A stretch of DNA of 64,000 nucleotides, from positions 2,747,454-2,811,453 of the forward strand of contig NW_002060946.1 in the NCBI RefSeq assembly GCF_000150275.1. The letters run 5' to 3'. This stretch comes from Trichoplax adhaerens (lineage: Eukaryota > Animalia > Placozoa). The translations under genes were made by a program, and so were the position numbers. Of this stretch, positions 19,001 through 33,429 are shown in pieces. The notes under the pieces were generated by a model that made no database searches, was not told where the DNA came from, and worked only from the letters and a program-made list of their open reading frames with translations. The first letter of the stretch is position 1. The number at the start of each line of letters is the position of its first letter.

Positions 19001-21300
19001 GCTTCCAGTGTAGAGCTGTCAGTAACATCATCTTTATCTTCACTAGATAACAAGCCGTAACTAGTTAATGATTCTAAATGTTGCCGTAAGGAATTTTTTG
19101 CCTGTAAGAACAATAAAAATTTTACGATTTCAGTAGATATTTCAGTCTTAAAATATTAAAGAAATTGTTATCGTTATCAGTATGCAACGTATGCCGCAGA
19201 AATAGCTATTATATTACTTCATCAACTATATCTTTTAATCCCCGTCTATTTCTATCAGATTCTAGATATCGAGAATCCAATTCATTAAATACTTCGGCAC
19301 CATTGCATTCAATTTCTTTCACCTTGTCAAATTTGTCGAATAAAAGAATTACATACATTGTTTTCTTGGACAATTTGTATAATAAGAATATCCTATTTAT
19401 GTATATACTAGTGCAAATACATACCTCGTCATCACCTTGAGGGATAAACTCTAGATCTTCAAATGTTTCAAAAATTTGATGATTATCATTGAGAAATTTT
19501 TTCCCTACATCTTCTTTTCTAAATTGATCGATATCTTCCGAGTAAGACTCAATTAATTTAAAGTTGCAATTATGCATTTTTTTCTCCATATTATTACACG
19601 AGGCAAAAATCTGGCTAACTTCTTTTTGATAGCCTAAATCTAAGCTCTATAAAGTGAATAGTCATCGTTATAGGAGTATATCAGTGCTAATTTTCATATT
19701 TAAAAACTCTTGACTCATTATTATGTTATTCTATGTTCAATTGTAATTACTAGTTTAGTTGCGCTATAAGAATATAACATATGATCTCTTTTTCAGTTAC
19801 TTGTACATACAATATGTATACAGAAAAGATGCAATAGCGGCTATGGTAATTATTTATAAAAACTAACTGAAAGCAGTTCGGGAATTCCAGTTTCAAAGTA
19901 AGCCCTAAAGAGAGCATTAGCGGCGGATAAATTCAGGATGTAGTCATTTCTAGCATTGATACTCTTTAACTTTGCAGCAGAACATTTTTGCATAGTCTGA
20001 TAGATTCAATAAAAAGTGCTTCAAAAAATTAATATGATAAATAACTTAAGTCAATATTTTTCCATAGAATAAATTTATTATCGAAGCTGAGTAGATGGCG
20101 TTTGCATACCTTATGTATGATACGGTCACTTTTTTTACGACTTTGCCTTCTCATAATTCCAGGATTTAGAGTAGATTTATTTTGCTTTTTAAAGAGTTTA
20201 CGCTGAACATTTTCGCTTTGAGCTTGACAGATGTGATAATTTTTCATAGACTGTACGCAGAAGAAAAATCCTCAGTACTGAATATGGGTGTAAATTTATC
20301 GTTACCTTTCTAATATTAACATTTTAAAGAAGAATTGGTTTGAATCATCTAAAATGATAGAATTATATATAGTTATTGCAAATTACCCCTAATAATCCTT
20401 GGAGCACACGCATAAACTCTTCATGTGATAGATTTTGAATTTCTCGACACTAAGTAATTAATCATTGCAAATAAATATACAACCTAAATAATGCTCATTA
20501 TAAAATTGTTGTCTATTCCTTTAATTTTAACGTTTCAAAACTATATGATTTATATTCGATAGGAAAAATTTAATGCATGAAATTCAAAAGATGATGATGT
20601 ACTTTTTTGCTAATGTAATGTATTTCCTTTCCAAGTAGGCCAATTTGACCAACATAGAGAGCATTCAGTTTTTTATAATGTGACGTACGAAGTTTACACC
20701 TCGATTTATCGACACTAAGTTGTTTATTGAATACATCGTAGACGCAAGCTGCATCTTTCCTATACGAATTCAATAAGTAAAAAAATATAGTGTCAGTTTC
20801 TGGGTTAACCTATTGTAGAATTATTTATCTTGGAAAATTAAAATATATATAGATTGCAAGTATGCTACTAATTATGATGATCTCAGTCGGTGAACTTTAA
20901 CAAAAGCCATATTGTGTATTTAAGATGTTGCTAATTACACTATATTGGTATGATATAGTTGTTGTTATTATAAAATATACAATATGCCACAAGTTTGCAA
21001 ACATGATACATATTTACTCTATATGCAAGCGGCATGCCATTACTGCAGATATCATATTGCTCGTATAATATATCTATTCTCGCATATTGGCGACAGATCA
21101 AAAGTAGCCGTCGCTAAATTTGACTTACTTGGCGATTTTACTCTTAAATTTATCTGCTAATTTCTCTAACATCCGCGAATATTCGATTTCAATTTCATTC
21201 TTTCTCTTAAAGTACTCTTGTATATCACCTAATACAGCAATTTCACTATCAGCTCGAAATTCGATAGCCTTGGCTTGATCAGTTAATCGTTGACGTATGT
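16067..21300 (-). CDS. SRGAP: SLIT-ROBO RhoGAP family protein (F-BAR, RhoGAP, degenerate SH3); N-terminal exons lie further upstream
   Basis: F-BAR IRQRLTDQ...QEYFKRKNEIEIEYSRMLEKLADKF and KSINARNDYILNLSAANA; RhoGAP FGGEV...IPLVVESCIKYI, GLDLQGIFRLSGS, AAGVLRCYFRELPTPLFP, NKMTAANLSLVFGPTL; SH3-like AVAKRDHE...ELSFKKGD; stop at 16067. Candidate upstream micro-exons at 22208-22191 and 25345-25333 are uncertain. Confidence 0.9.
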
Positions 21301-22749
21301 CTGCGCACAGAAAAAATTAATTGAAGTTAAAATTAGATATTACATCGATCATAGGATAGTATATGTGTATTAGAAGATAGGATTGGAAGATTCGTAAAAT
21401 TATCAAATCGGATCTATGTCGATATGATTGAAAGATATCATCTGTATTTGATCAATTCCGTTCATCTAAAACTAAAGGTGGTATAAATCGTTAACCGGAA
21501 TCTTGCACTATTATTTAGATCAAATTATTCGACTCTTCCAGCTGGTTGATGATAAATATGAATTAAGTACAGAGTACTGTAGTCCTTGAAAAGTGACTAT
21601 AATCCATTAATGAAATTGTTACTGAGAATTATTAATACGTTGATGATGCCAGAATGAGCTACTGTAATACCTCATAATTTATAATTAACTGAGTTAGATA
21701 TAGCTTATGACCCAACTATAACATTGTCAGAGATTGCCAAACGATGGTAAGATATCAACAAGTTAACGCATTCTTTTGTATATCAATACTGCATAATATG
21801 AGGACAGTTAGAAACTCGTCAAATTTTTCTTGCTTCATTCCTTCAAGTAATGAGGCAGTACAGTCTAAGTAAACTAAAAATTTTTATGTACTTACGCTTG
21901 AAATCTGACAAATAATGTTGAAAACTGAGTTAGTTATAAGTTATCTGGTCAATAGAAACATTTACATTAATGCAATTCAATTTGACTACAGTGTGATTTC
22001 AAGATTGAGTGCAGCAATGGCATCGGGTTTAAGATGAAATTAAGCCTATGATAAACAAGGGATTATTAGCCTATTAATTTTGGGCCCTTGTTTAATAAAC
22101 TACCAATCATTCCAAATTAGAAAATCCTGGTCTTTTTACCGAATTTAACCACGACGGTGTACTGAGTATATAGCAAAAGACGAAAATTACCTTTTATCGA
22201 TTTGAAATCTAAATGAAGAAATTATATCTAATATTAACAGAGAAAGTTTATCTAAATCAAGTTGCAGCCCTAATCATGCTCAGTATAATATTATTTTTTA
22301 TGTCTGCAGCATGCTAGCTCATGTTAATATGTTTATATCAAGATTGATAGCTAGTCTACTGAAAAAAGCTATCTGTCGAATTAATTTGTGATGAATAATT
22401 GTACGTTGTAGAAAAATAACTGTACAACATTATTACTTAGTTGCAAGTTCAACCATTATTCTGGTTTAAACAGATTATCATCTCCATAGTAAACAATTCA
22501 CTTTTCTGATTATTAGCTACCTGTTTCAATCTAATCTACACTTTGCAGCATACCCACATAAGCGGTACTTTATATTCATATGATTATATATATATGAGCG
22601 TTGCTGCCATATTTTATTAGTTCGCACTTATAAGTCTTAATAAAGTTCTATTCTTTGCTAATACGTTGTCTCTACATTTACTCGAGAACTTATTACACAT
22701 ATTTGCGGTCTTTCAACTGTAGTAAATCAACGTACAACTAAAGAATATC

Positions 22750-23512
22750 GTTATAATCAAATTATTATTTATTTGACCATCAATCAAAGAAAGAGGGTTG
22801 ATATTTCCTATGCTAATAGAGAGGAATTTTTCCATCGATTCCCCATGTTATTTTTCTAACTTCTATTCACTGATTTAATTTGTATTTATCCATTTTAATG
22901 TAATCTATGATAGATTTAGTATGATGATATATTTATTACAATCATGGCTATCTAATTAAAAGTATCAAAATGTAATTAGATTATCATTTATTTCAATATT
23001 AATGAAGGAAAGTGTTGATATTTGTTGTAGCTAACAGAAAGGAAATAGTTTCTCACTTTTCTTCCTATTGCGCTTTTTAATTTAAGAATACTGATTAATT
23101 TCTAGATATTCATTTCAATCTGATCTACGCTATAGCCTAGTATGATGACTTTATTTATTTATTGCAATTACAGCTGTCTAATTTATTATAATATCAAAAT
23201 ATAATATAGCCATCATTTATTTCGCTATTAATCAAGGAAAGTACTGATATTTGTTACAGTTAAAGGAAAAGAGAATTTTTCTTATCTTTCTTCTCCTATC
23301 ACTTTACTTATTAGGAAAATCTTTGCAAACTAAAATTGATTAATTACCAGTTGCCAATTTTCAGCCTAATGTACTTAGTAGGATAATCTAATTAGTCGCA
23401 GGCTATTCAATTCAATCTATAGAAATGTTATTTACATATGATTGGTTTCATCACTGAAGACGGAAAGCAGGTTGATAATGTATTTAGCGTAAAGGAATTT
23501 TTGATCTTTTCC
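22750..23512. repeat. Old, diverged tandem repeat (~220-bp period, 3-4 copies) in the srGAP 5' region
   Basis: Recurrent block ...aaggaaag..(g)ttgatatt...aggaatttt at ~22785, ~23005, ~23235 and ~23462; tagtatgatga...atcatttattt is shared by copies 2 and 3. Confidence 0.6.
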
Positions 23513-26500
23513 TGATAACCAAATACACACATTTGGGATTAAGGTAACGCCCTAGTATGGACTTATTGTACAAAGATGGAAAGATCCTATTCCTAAAATA
23601 GCGTCCTAAGTCGGTCGGTCAATCTCTTGGACATGGATGGAAATTATTTTAATTTGGAATTCATCTGATACAAACTTCAAGACATAATCGCACCTATGAT
23701 TGTAGATGCAGTTGATGATGATCGAAATAGCGATATTTATTTATTACAGACCTATCGACTTATGAGCACAAGATAGAAAGACTCTGTGGCTAGAATAGCA
23801 TAATGAATCGCCCAATCTAGCTAAGAATGATGAATATGAATGCAGATTACTTACAGTATTGTAGCTTTCGTATCTATCTAATCTAAATAACAAGAGATGT
23901 AGTCGGTGATGATAGAAATAGAACGATGCCAAATTTTATTAATATTAATTTAATGGCTGCTCATCGTCGGATTTGCTACAGCGTCTATCATCCTGTTGGG
24001 TTCTTCTACTATTGTTTTTTGATCTATTTTTTAATTCTATTATTTATCTTTTATTCTATTTATTTCTGCAAGTATGTATAGTAGAGAATCGTAGGAGTCT
24101 AAATCATCATTAATTGATATACGTATTTTGTCTATGTAGTTATTTTTCTTTTCTTCTTCGATCACCTGTATCAGTGAAGGTTGATTGTGCTCTGATTAGA
24201 TGAAGATAAATAGTTGGAATGGAATGAAAAAGAAATAGGAGGGGGGGCGCATACAATGCTCTTGTTCTCTCCTTTTCTCCATCCTAATTTAAAGGCAGTC
24301 GAGCGGACTAAAATTTAACTGCTACGCTATCATTTATTTTATGCATATTACTCGTTAGAATTACTACTAATCAACGTAGTCATTGTAGTGTAAGGGAAAA
24401 GGAGTAGAAATAGTTTATGCATAGAATAAAACGCCAAAATAGACAAGGCTAACTTGCAAAGATGTTAGTGTAAACATCATCGATCAATAACAATAAAATG
24501 TTGCAATAGCCTATACAAAAAAAAAGAATGTCCGATATTGTATCATATAGACACAAAAAAACAGTCGAGAAAATTACATGTCGTATCTGAGGTTAATTTG
24601 TAGCCGCATTTGCGGCTACTTGAACTTATTGATATACAGGATTGAATTTATTTAAAAATGGTTGCGGTAAGCTTTCATTTATTCTTATCCGTCTACAACT
24701 GACCAGTCAGCAAGATGGGATAGGGTTAATTTCTCACTCTCTCTCTACACTATCCAAGGGTACAATGCAATATTGTTCTCAGTTTATTTTACTTCAAAAG
24801 CAATCTCTACGGCGTGAAGAAATAATTGCAAAATAAGGTAGATCATATTTCACGACTATTTCGATATCCACTTACTATGATTAATCTAGCGATTGATTGA
24901 AATAGTCTAAGATGCAATTTTCACAACCTTTTATTATCATGGTTCAGAAGGGAAGGGAAGAGAAATTCTACTGTTCATTGCATCGAATCGATCGGTCATT
25001 ATTGAATGCGTCTTTTCCTTCCTAGTCTTTTTATTAGCGCAAAATAAAACCTGACGGTGCTACATTTATCCAGTCAATGAGTAGAATATGCCAAAATAGG
25101 CAATATCAATGTGTCAACATTAGCTTTCGACTGTCGACTACTTACTCCATATCGCTTTCTATGTAAAAAGTACTTACATGACAGAAAGACGGGATAAAAA
25201 CATGATGTTGAATTTTGAAGTTATTGACTACGATGGCGGTGTCGGCTTATAGAGAGAAGAGACTATCCAAAAGTATCATGGCAAATAGTACCGACAATAG
25301 GATTGTATCATTTGAAAGTAATTGTAGCTTACCATTTTTATCCATAAACAATACTTGTATTTTAAAACTGTGACTATAAATGACGAATTGACACAGTCTC
25401 CATTGCATTGGGCTTCCGTTTTATGCTCGCCCTTACAAAAACACCCTATTACAATGGATGTTTGCAAAGTCGGTGAAGAGAAATATTTGGGACATTTTTA
25501 AAAATCCCTTTCTCGTAAAGTAAATTATCATGGATTGGAAAGCCATCCATGGCGACGTTGGATCATTTCCTACCTGCTTTTGATCATCAGTTTATGTGGC
25601 AGATAGAGATAGCTATACAGTATTGTTCAAATCAATTGGCATTGGATAAAGAGTGTTATTATTCATGCGATCAAAGCAATACTCGTATGTTCTTATTTAT
25701 TTCTTTACTTAGTCGATGAAAATGAATTCTCATCGATGGTCTAATTTCTATTCATCAGTGTGGTAGTATCATATGGCTAATGAATAGCCATGATTAGGGT
25801 AAAATAGATATCAAGTTAGTCATCAATATCGATCCAATAGCGCTAAATAAGATGAGAGAGAAGTATGGAGGATAGACTTTATTACGTGCATGATAATACG
25901 GTATGATCACGTCTACAGACAAGGTGGGAAGAATGGGATTTCTACCTTTGATATAAGTCGGTTACTGTTATCGATTTATTTGGATCTGTTAGGTATAATT
26001 GAATGAACAGATTCAAATTGAATGATCTGTTGGATAATTGGGCTGCTTAAGCTCAAGTTAAGCCGTTGCCATTGGTACGATGCAGTTGTGCTGTATATGG
26101 GTTTACCAATTGCAAAAAATAATTTCAAATCAACAATGTGTGTTTGACGTCTATCGCATCCATCCATCATTCGCAATTTGAAGTCTTGGAAGGTTGTCCC
26201 TCCTCCTCCTCCTCCTTGATGGACACTATTGGAATTTTACAACAACTTGTGTCGATCACTAACCTTTAATTTGAGCTTCAAATAATTCAGTTTCTCTTTT
26301 ATTGGAGGCCATAGTGATTCTTTTAGTTGGCAATGAATACGTCCAATCACGTTGGTGCGGTCATTCAAGATGTTCGTGCATGGGGGTATAATTAAAGAGG
26401 AATTTTCTTCCGGCTGTTGATGCAATAATGACTGTAGACTTGGACGATGACTTCTCCTACTCCTATTACCGCTAGATTAATTCAATGGATGACAACTAGC

Positions 26501-27789
26501 GTGGATAGTGGCTAAAATTGAAGAAGGCGTTGAAAAGTGCATCAGCCAGCAAGAAAACGATGAACCCAGATGATTTGGGAATGGAGCAAATTGAATGCGA
26601 TCAAGGGCGTACGCCGTTGTCAATCTTGGATAGGCAAGAATTCAACGAGAACGCGTTGTCCTGATTCTATTGGATGTAGATTACAATCACTGGCTAGGTA
26701 TCTAATTCTAGCGTTGTAGAAAGGAATAAAGTTAAGAGAAAGTGCAGCCAATGGATAGAATACAGAAAATGATTGCTGCCGTGCCTCCTTTACTTATGCA
26801 AAAGGAACTGACTGTCAAGTAATCATCACAACAAATCGCAACAGGCAGATGCATGCCAGTGGTCCAATTGCATATACACTTGTATATTATACAGTACATT
26901 AGCGCAATCGGTTGTGTGAGATACGACCGGCAGTACAGTGCTATAAAACAGACTGTATGGTCTATAGTGTAGGCTAGTGAAGGGATTATGATTGTTTTGA
27001 TGACTGTCATAATACTACCGGATGAATAGGCGATGATTTGCAAGAAACAAGTGGGCAATCCCGAATGGGATAGTCTAGGTTTAACGCAATACTTGCATCA
27101 TGTCCATACCGTTCTCTATTGATGAGTGAAGATGTTTGATACTTGTAAGGGAAAATGGATCACAAAGTGCTGTGGTCCCTGTGGAGCGCGGTTAACATGC
27201 AAGGCAGTTGTTAGCGCAGACTGGGAGAATTTTGTCTTGGAATTGAATTAAATCCATTGATTCAAATCCATGATAACGAGTCGCTGTCTCATCACTCAAT
27301 ATTAGCTCAAGCCAAGTCTACTGCAAATAGACATGCAAAGAGATCATTATAGGAGTAGAGTATGGCCTGTTGTCATACAAGATAGAATTTTGACTGGACA
27401 ATCCCTATCTTGTCTTGTATGCCTGCAGTCGATGGCAATCATGGCTGGGCAGGCTGAATAATTGCATACTGTTGACGTATTCTGCTTGCTCCATACAAGT
27501 GGATAACATGGTGGGAGAGAATGAATGCCCATCACGTTATTTTCATGTACAAAATCTCTATTGTAAGCTAATGTGTGGCAAGGTGATGACTCACACTCAG
27601 GCTAGCAACTAATTTAATTTGCAACAAGCATTCTATTGTCGTCTTGATGTTGTCAATTATGATTGAGCAACTCTAAATTGGAAAGGCTGCATTGAAAAAA
27701 AAAAAATACAAAAATAATCATAATAATAATAATACAGTAGATAGTAGACAGTCGATGGCATGCTAGTGTGTTGGTCAAGACAGTCATCC

Positions 27790-28870
27790 TGCAGTACTGT
27801 ATACTGTACACTGTACGTACAGTACTGTCGTACGGTAGGGCCACGAGGCGTCCAGTACAGTAGTACTGTAGGCTACAGTCTCCATTAAAGTGTACAATGT
27901 ACTGTACAGTACTCCAAGTTTGGACAGACGACTGTACAGTACAGTGTACAGTACTATACAGTACAGTACAAGGTGTAGAATTTCTTTCTAGATAAGTCAG
28001 TGAATATTTTTATGATTTATTTTCGAATAAAACCCATAAAACTGTATATCTGCTTAAAGTTTTGATCATTTTATCTGTTTTTTTTAAATCTAGATCGAAT
28101 TTCTACACCCTGTACAGTACAGTACTGTACTGTATTTCGCTGGAGAACCTGTACTGTACAGTACAGTACATGAGTACTGTACAATCGTCTGTCCAAACTT
28201 GGAGTACGGTACAAAACGGAACGGAAAGAGACTGCGTAGTTACTCGTAAACTTGAGGTGCTTGCATACTGTAGTGTACAGAGTACAGTACAGTACAGTGT
28301 TCAGCACTGTGTATTGTACAGTGTACAGTTTACAGTACTCCAAGTTTTGACAGACTATTGTACTGTACAGTGTACACTGTACTGTGCAAACGGAACGGAA
28401 AGAGAGTGCGTAGTTAATCGTAAACGCCAAGGTACAGTACTTGCCTACTGTACTGTACTGTACATACTGTAGTGAGTATAGCGACAAATACTGTACTGTA
28501 CAGTACACTACTGTAAAGCACTGTGTGCAGTACTGTACAGTATTTCGCTCGAAAATCTGTACAGTGTACAGTGTACAGTACTCCAAGTTTGGACAGACGA
28601 TTGTACTGTACACTGTACACTGTGTTGTACTGTACAAAACGGAACGAAAAGAGAGTGCGTAGTTACTCGTAAACGCCAAGGTGCTTGCCTACTGTAGAAT
28701 ATATCTTTCCGTAATACTATACTGTAGAGTGTACAGTACAGTACTGTACGGAACGTTCGTTATTCATCCTCAGGCCCGGCTTGTACTGGGCGACTTTGTA
28801 CTGTACTGTACAGTACAATACACTGCACATCTACAAAAGTACTGTACACTGTACTAAACGGAACGTAACT
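27790..28870. repeat. TACAGT/ACTGTA-rich compound repeat with inverted and direct modules (fold-back/MITE-like or satellite)
   Basis: 23-bp perfect inverted pair 27909-27931 / 28185-28207; inner inverted pair ggtgtagaa/ttctacacc; direct module aaacggaacg(g/a)aaagaga.tgcgtagtta.tcgtaaac at 28214, 28388 and 28637. Confidence 0.85.
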
Positions 28871-29275
28871 GGACGAAAACGTCACTGGACAAAGCAATCA
28901 AGGAAAACTCTTTCACCACTCTCTACTGCTTGGCGCACCGCTCTTATTGACAGTATAATGGACTTTGCCTGTTGGACTCTGAAATCCCTGACTCAAAAAT
29001 TCCGACGCCAGGACAGTGTGACCAATCCAGTATTGTATTGGTTTGGCGTTGATACGGTACCAAGTCGACGGCGCCATACATCGCATACTGTTAGTGGTTT
29101 TACTACAACGTTGTTCTTCTTTTTCCTTTGCTAAAGCAATCTCCCCCCCCCCCTCCAAAAAGTCAATAAAGTCGTCGTTGCGTTAACTGCCAGTATCCCA
29201 GTCATCCAGTGATTATAGCCATTAGCAGCCAATTACTTGATAGAATATTGGAAAGAAACATGCTTGATTGATACG

Positions 29276-32200
29276 ATGAATGCTAGGACTCAAACCTTTG
29301 AGCTTGTAAGTTGTTCAATTCGCACTTTCAACGTCCTACTAAGATGAAAATAACATTACTCGACTCCAATTGCGATTCATTTTATCGCTTTCTAGGACGA
29401 AATAAAATCCCATTTTGCCCTATTATAGTGATCATTATTAACGGATGGTTATATTATTTCATTTTTAGTCCTTGGAAAGCAGCCAAGTGGAAGAAACAGT
29501 GATGTGTAAGTTCAAGGACTACTGCTACAGAAATAGATTGTACTGTTAATGTTGACATTACTTCAGCGTATTCAACTATTGCACTTGTATGACAATAGAC
29601 CCAAGTGGACAGTACAGTATTTTCATCACTATTCTGACGGTATATTCGGTAATCAATAAATCGTCGTCGCCAACAAAATAATTTCAATCAATGTTGATCC
29701 AACAGTTTATTGTACAAAATGTAATCGCTTGCATCACTCTCTTCTACATTAAACATTGGCCCGTTATTGCTAGTCAATGACCACAAGTTCAAAGTCAATC
29801 AGTCGTGCAAGAAGCAGATCGATACAGTCGATGGAATCCTTTGCGCTCGAATCAACAGTTACTACGAACAGTTCTACTCTTAGACACTCTCTATCCAAGC
29901 GTTGATAGTGTATCATCGGGACCAATTGATATTGATTGTGACTGATTTTCAAACCAGCAAGGCCACCAATATGTTAATCCCTTTCATGGCAATATCCTGA
30001 TGAAAGAGCTAGTCATCATATACTGTAGTAAATTAGCGTACAGTCGATGATCGTATGAGTGTTTTCAAGAACCGATGATACATGCTAGTGCGCTAACACG
30101 TATCTTACGATGGAAATTTCATTTTGCTCTCTTTTTGCCGGCTAAAGCAGTGTTGACTTCGGCATGTTCTACGCGTGTTTTATCCTCTCTTAACTAATAA
30201 TCCAATTGATGTTATCGCACCAACACCATGATACCACAAGAGTAGCCGGCATTGACTTTTGAAGTAGTCGTTGGCTTTTATGAATTCAAACTGGGATAAT
30301 AATTATCCTTGTCCAATATCGATTCAATCCAGCAACTTGATAATCTTATCATTCATTCATTCACCTTTGTTATTATTAAAAAAATACTTTTTTCTTTTTA
30401 TCTTGATGACAACACTAGGCATCTTTCATAGTATCTTGTTTCATAGAACTGCTGGAAAGGTAAGCTATACTGTAATATCGTACATGCATTCTGTTAGACG
30501 GGTAAATGATCAATGAATTTGCTTTCATCAAGCCAAGTCAAATTGGAAATGGCTTCGGTTATGTTGTAATCCTTCCTAGATAGTCAATTGCGGTACCATC
30601 AATTTTTAGAATAGCTGTAAAACTAATCAAAGTACATCGTTGCTATTTCAATGGAACTTTCATCAACTGCCTAATAGCACTTGATTGGCTGTTGTAAATG
30701 GATAATGATGTATCCAAGCTTACTTTTCTTTACAGTCCGTTTCAGAACCATATATTTTCAAATAGACACATTATTTATCCAACCAATAAAGTTTAGTTAT
30801 TTGTACCTTGATCGTCGTACAAGATAATGTAGTAATTGACACAGATAGTTACTAATCATCGATTACTACCGTCAATGTATCCATCAACTAATGATACATT
30901 TATTGTTCATATTGGATTATTCCTAGTTCAACTATAAAGATGAAAAGTCATACATGGTGGGCACTGTAGGCATGGTTGATGAAGACTGCAACCAATTGGA
31001 TTTCACTTACGTAAGAAATTATATACAAACGCTTATACGTATTGCAATTGAAAATCAAAAGTACCATAAATGGTTGACCTTGCTTCTTTGGATTGATTTA
31101 TTTGCACAATGCCATACAATCTCCATAAAATGGCTTACTATATTTACAGTACATATATTGTTGAAACGAGTAATAAAAGATGGTAGAGTATTACGCAAGA
31201 TTTAAATTGCTCCTTTGGCCTGATTTGTTTTATTTGCACAATGTTGTCAAATTCCTATAAAAAAATGTATACAGTATGGACGCATATTAATCTAATCAAA
31301 TTGTACAAGACCAACATTGAACGAGTTTTACAATTGATATCGATTTGTATCTTTAATTGAATTGATTTCATCTATTGCAGTTATTGAAATATTGTTGGCC
31401 CTGCAACTTATTCACTACTGTAATTGACGCGTAAATTAGGAAAGATTTAATTTTTATTATCGCAACTTATTTTTATTAGGTCCGTTGTGATGCAGATGAC
31501 TTAGACAGGCAACTACAAGAAAATGTAAAACATTTTAAAAACGAGCTATGTTCATCTGGATGTGGACAGGTTAATTTTAATTACGGTTAACTTACAATTT
31601 GCTAATGCATCATTTTTGTGGACTGCACGATGTCATGTGATTTCGTAACCTTAGACGCTGTAAAAGTACAATATCTGATGGTAGTATAATCCATAGACGT
31701 GGACATAGCGCCTACCTTGCGCTGTAGGAAGTATCGTTCTTACTTTTATCTTGATAGAACGTTTATTAGTAACTATACATAAGCTTGCCATGACGATTTC
31801 TTCATTCACACGGCTGTAACGATACATTCTATCTTAAATGATGTGGTAAAATAGTAGTTGTAGGTACATTATATAATAATTACTTTTTTATACTGCTATT
31901 GGATATAAAAGATTTCATTAGAATTTTTTGAGAGACGAAGAAAAGGTTGGTTTTTCACCATGGAATCAATACCATGGGAAATATGGTCGTTGAGAATAAG
32001 ACTCATTACCGTTGCTACTGCTAGTGGTTAGTTAATTAATCTGTAGCTGGTTATCATGACAGTGTCCAAAGTATAGTGGATTGTTATCAGTTCATGCAGA
32101 AATTGTCTTATCTCTGATAATTTACTCTTTAACTTTTTAGAAAAAGAAATTCTTGTAGAAAAAATCAAAGACTCTTTAACTGAAATTGTAGGCAATAAAT

Positions 32201-32549
32201 ATATAGTATTAATCGGGTTAATTCCGGTTTCACTGAATAAATTTCCTTCTATACTAACACAATAGATCCTATTCATTGCCGAAACTATGAATAAGCCCGA
32301 TTTTGTACCAAAAGTTTCTAAACAAGCTGAACTAGGAAATATCTACGATATTAGCTTTAAAGCAGTGCAACCGTATCTATACAAGGTGAGATATTTGCCA
32401 ATTACTGGAGATTATGCAGTTCAGAACAGTCTTGCTCATCGTCAACAACTTTTACCTCATTACAGATTTCTTGTCAAACTGGCGATGCCAGTAACTTTTC
32501 AGTTGGGGACACAGTCAAGCGATTTTTTAGGGAGTTTTCAGCAACGTAG
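29276..32549 (+). CDS. ATG101: Autophagy-related protein 101 (HORMA domain)
   Basis: Spliced exons: MNARTQTFEL|SLESSQVEETVMC|IFHSILFHRTAGK|FNYKDEKSYMVGTVGMVDEDCNQLDFTY|VRCDADDLDRQL...GQ|ISLEFFERRRKGWFFTMESIPWEIW...|...VQPYLYK|ISCQTG...KRFFREFSAT*, collinear with ATG101. Confidence 0.95.
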
Positions 32550-33429
32550 TCTTGACTTGGATTATCAATCATGCAGTATAATCAGTATAGGATAACATTT
32601 ACTGAATGTACAGCTTCACAATATTAAAGTACAAAGTTTTGAAAGCACTGTCAACGGGAATATTAATTGGATTCATTCTTGGTGCCGATTTACATCTTGC
32701 ATAGCTTAATACATATTCTACATGCGACAAAAACTTAATACGATATTTCAACTTTGCCCATCATATACAATAGCAAGTTTTCTGTTCTAATTTAATTGGT
32801 TTGAAGATGTAATTCTATGAGCTGCAGATACAATCATGACGATATCATTACACTTTCAACGTTTGACCTTGTGTAAATTATTTGTGTAGATAACTAATAA
32901 AACATTGTATTATATTCCTAAAATAATCTTATCTTAATTATGAAAGAAGATCTGAAGATAACTAACTACAGCGCATAATTATATTATAAATATTATTTAT
33001 TTCCATGTAACATGCTAATAAACGAAGTTTTATTATGTAAGTTTTATTGCTGATTGTTAGTAGATTAAATTTCATGTCAGAAATACTTAAAAATAAAAAT
33101 GCAATACTGCTGGTTAGGAAAAACCATAGCATTAAAATGAATTAGACTGGAAGTACTCCCTAAATGGTAAAATTCAGTTAATGACTACAGATACTCTGGT
33201 AGCATATTTAATTATCGTCAGATTAAAAAATGAGAAATCTACTTTACCCATTAGTATTTTACCAATACTGTAATTATTTGTACCACATCAAGCCAATACA
33301 TATGAGGTATATTTACTATTATATTAACGTAGAGCTTCATCATGGCCATTTTCTAGCACGCCATGCAAGGATTAGAACAATTTTAAAAATAAATCAGCTG
33401 CAAAAAGATATATAATATTGTTATGGATA

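Noticed and set aside
28062-28679. ORFs of 68-202 aa rich in Y/C/T/V/Q/S
   Set aside because: Translation of the TACAGT repeat, which rarely yields stops; open on both strands with no protein-like features
31081-31290. Diverged ~90-bp duplication in an ATG101 intron
   Set aside because: Ordinary local duplication; no splice sites or open frame suggesting alternative exons
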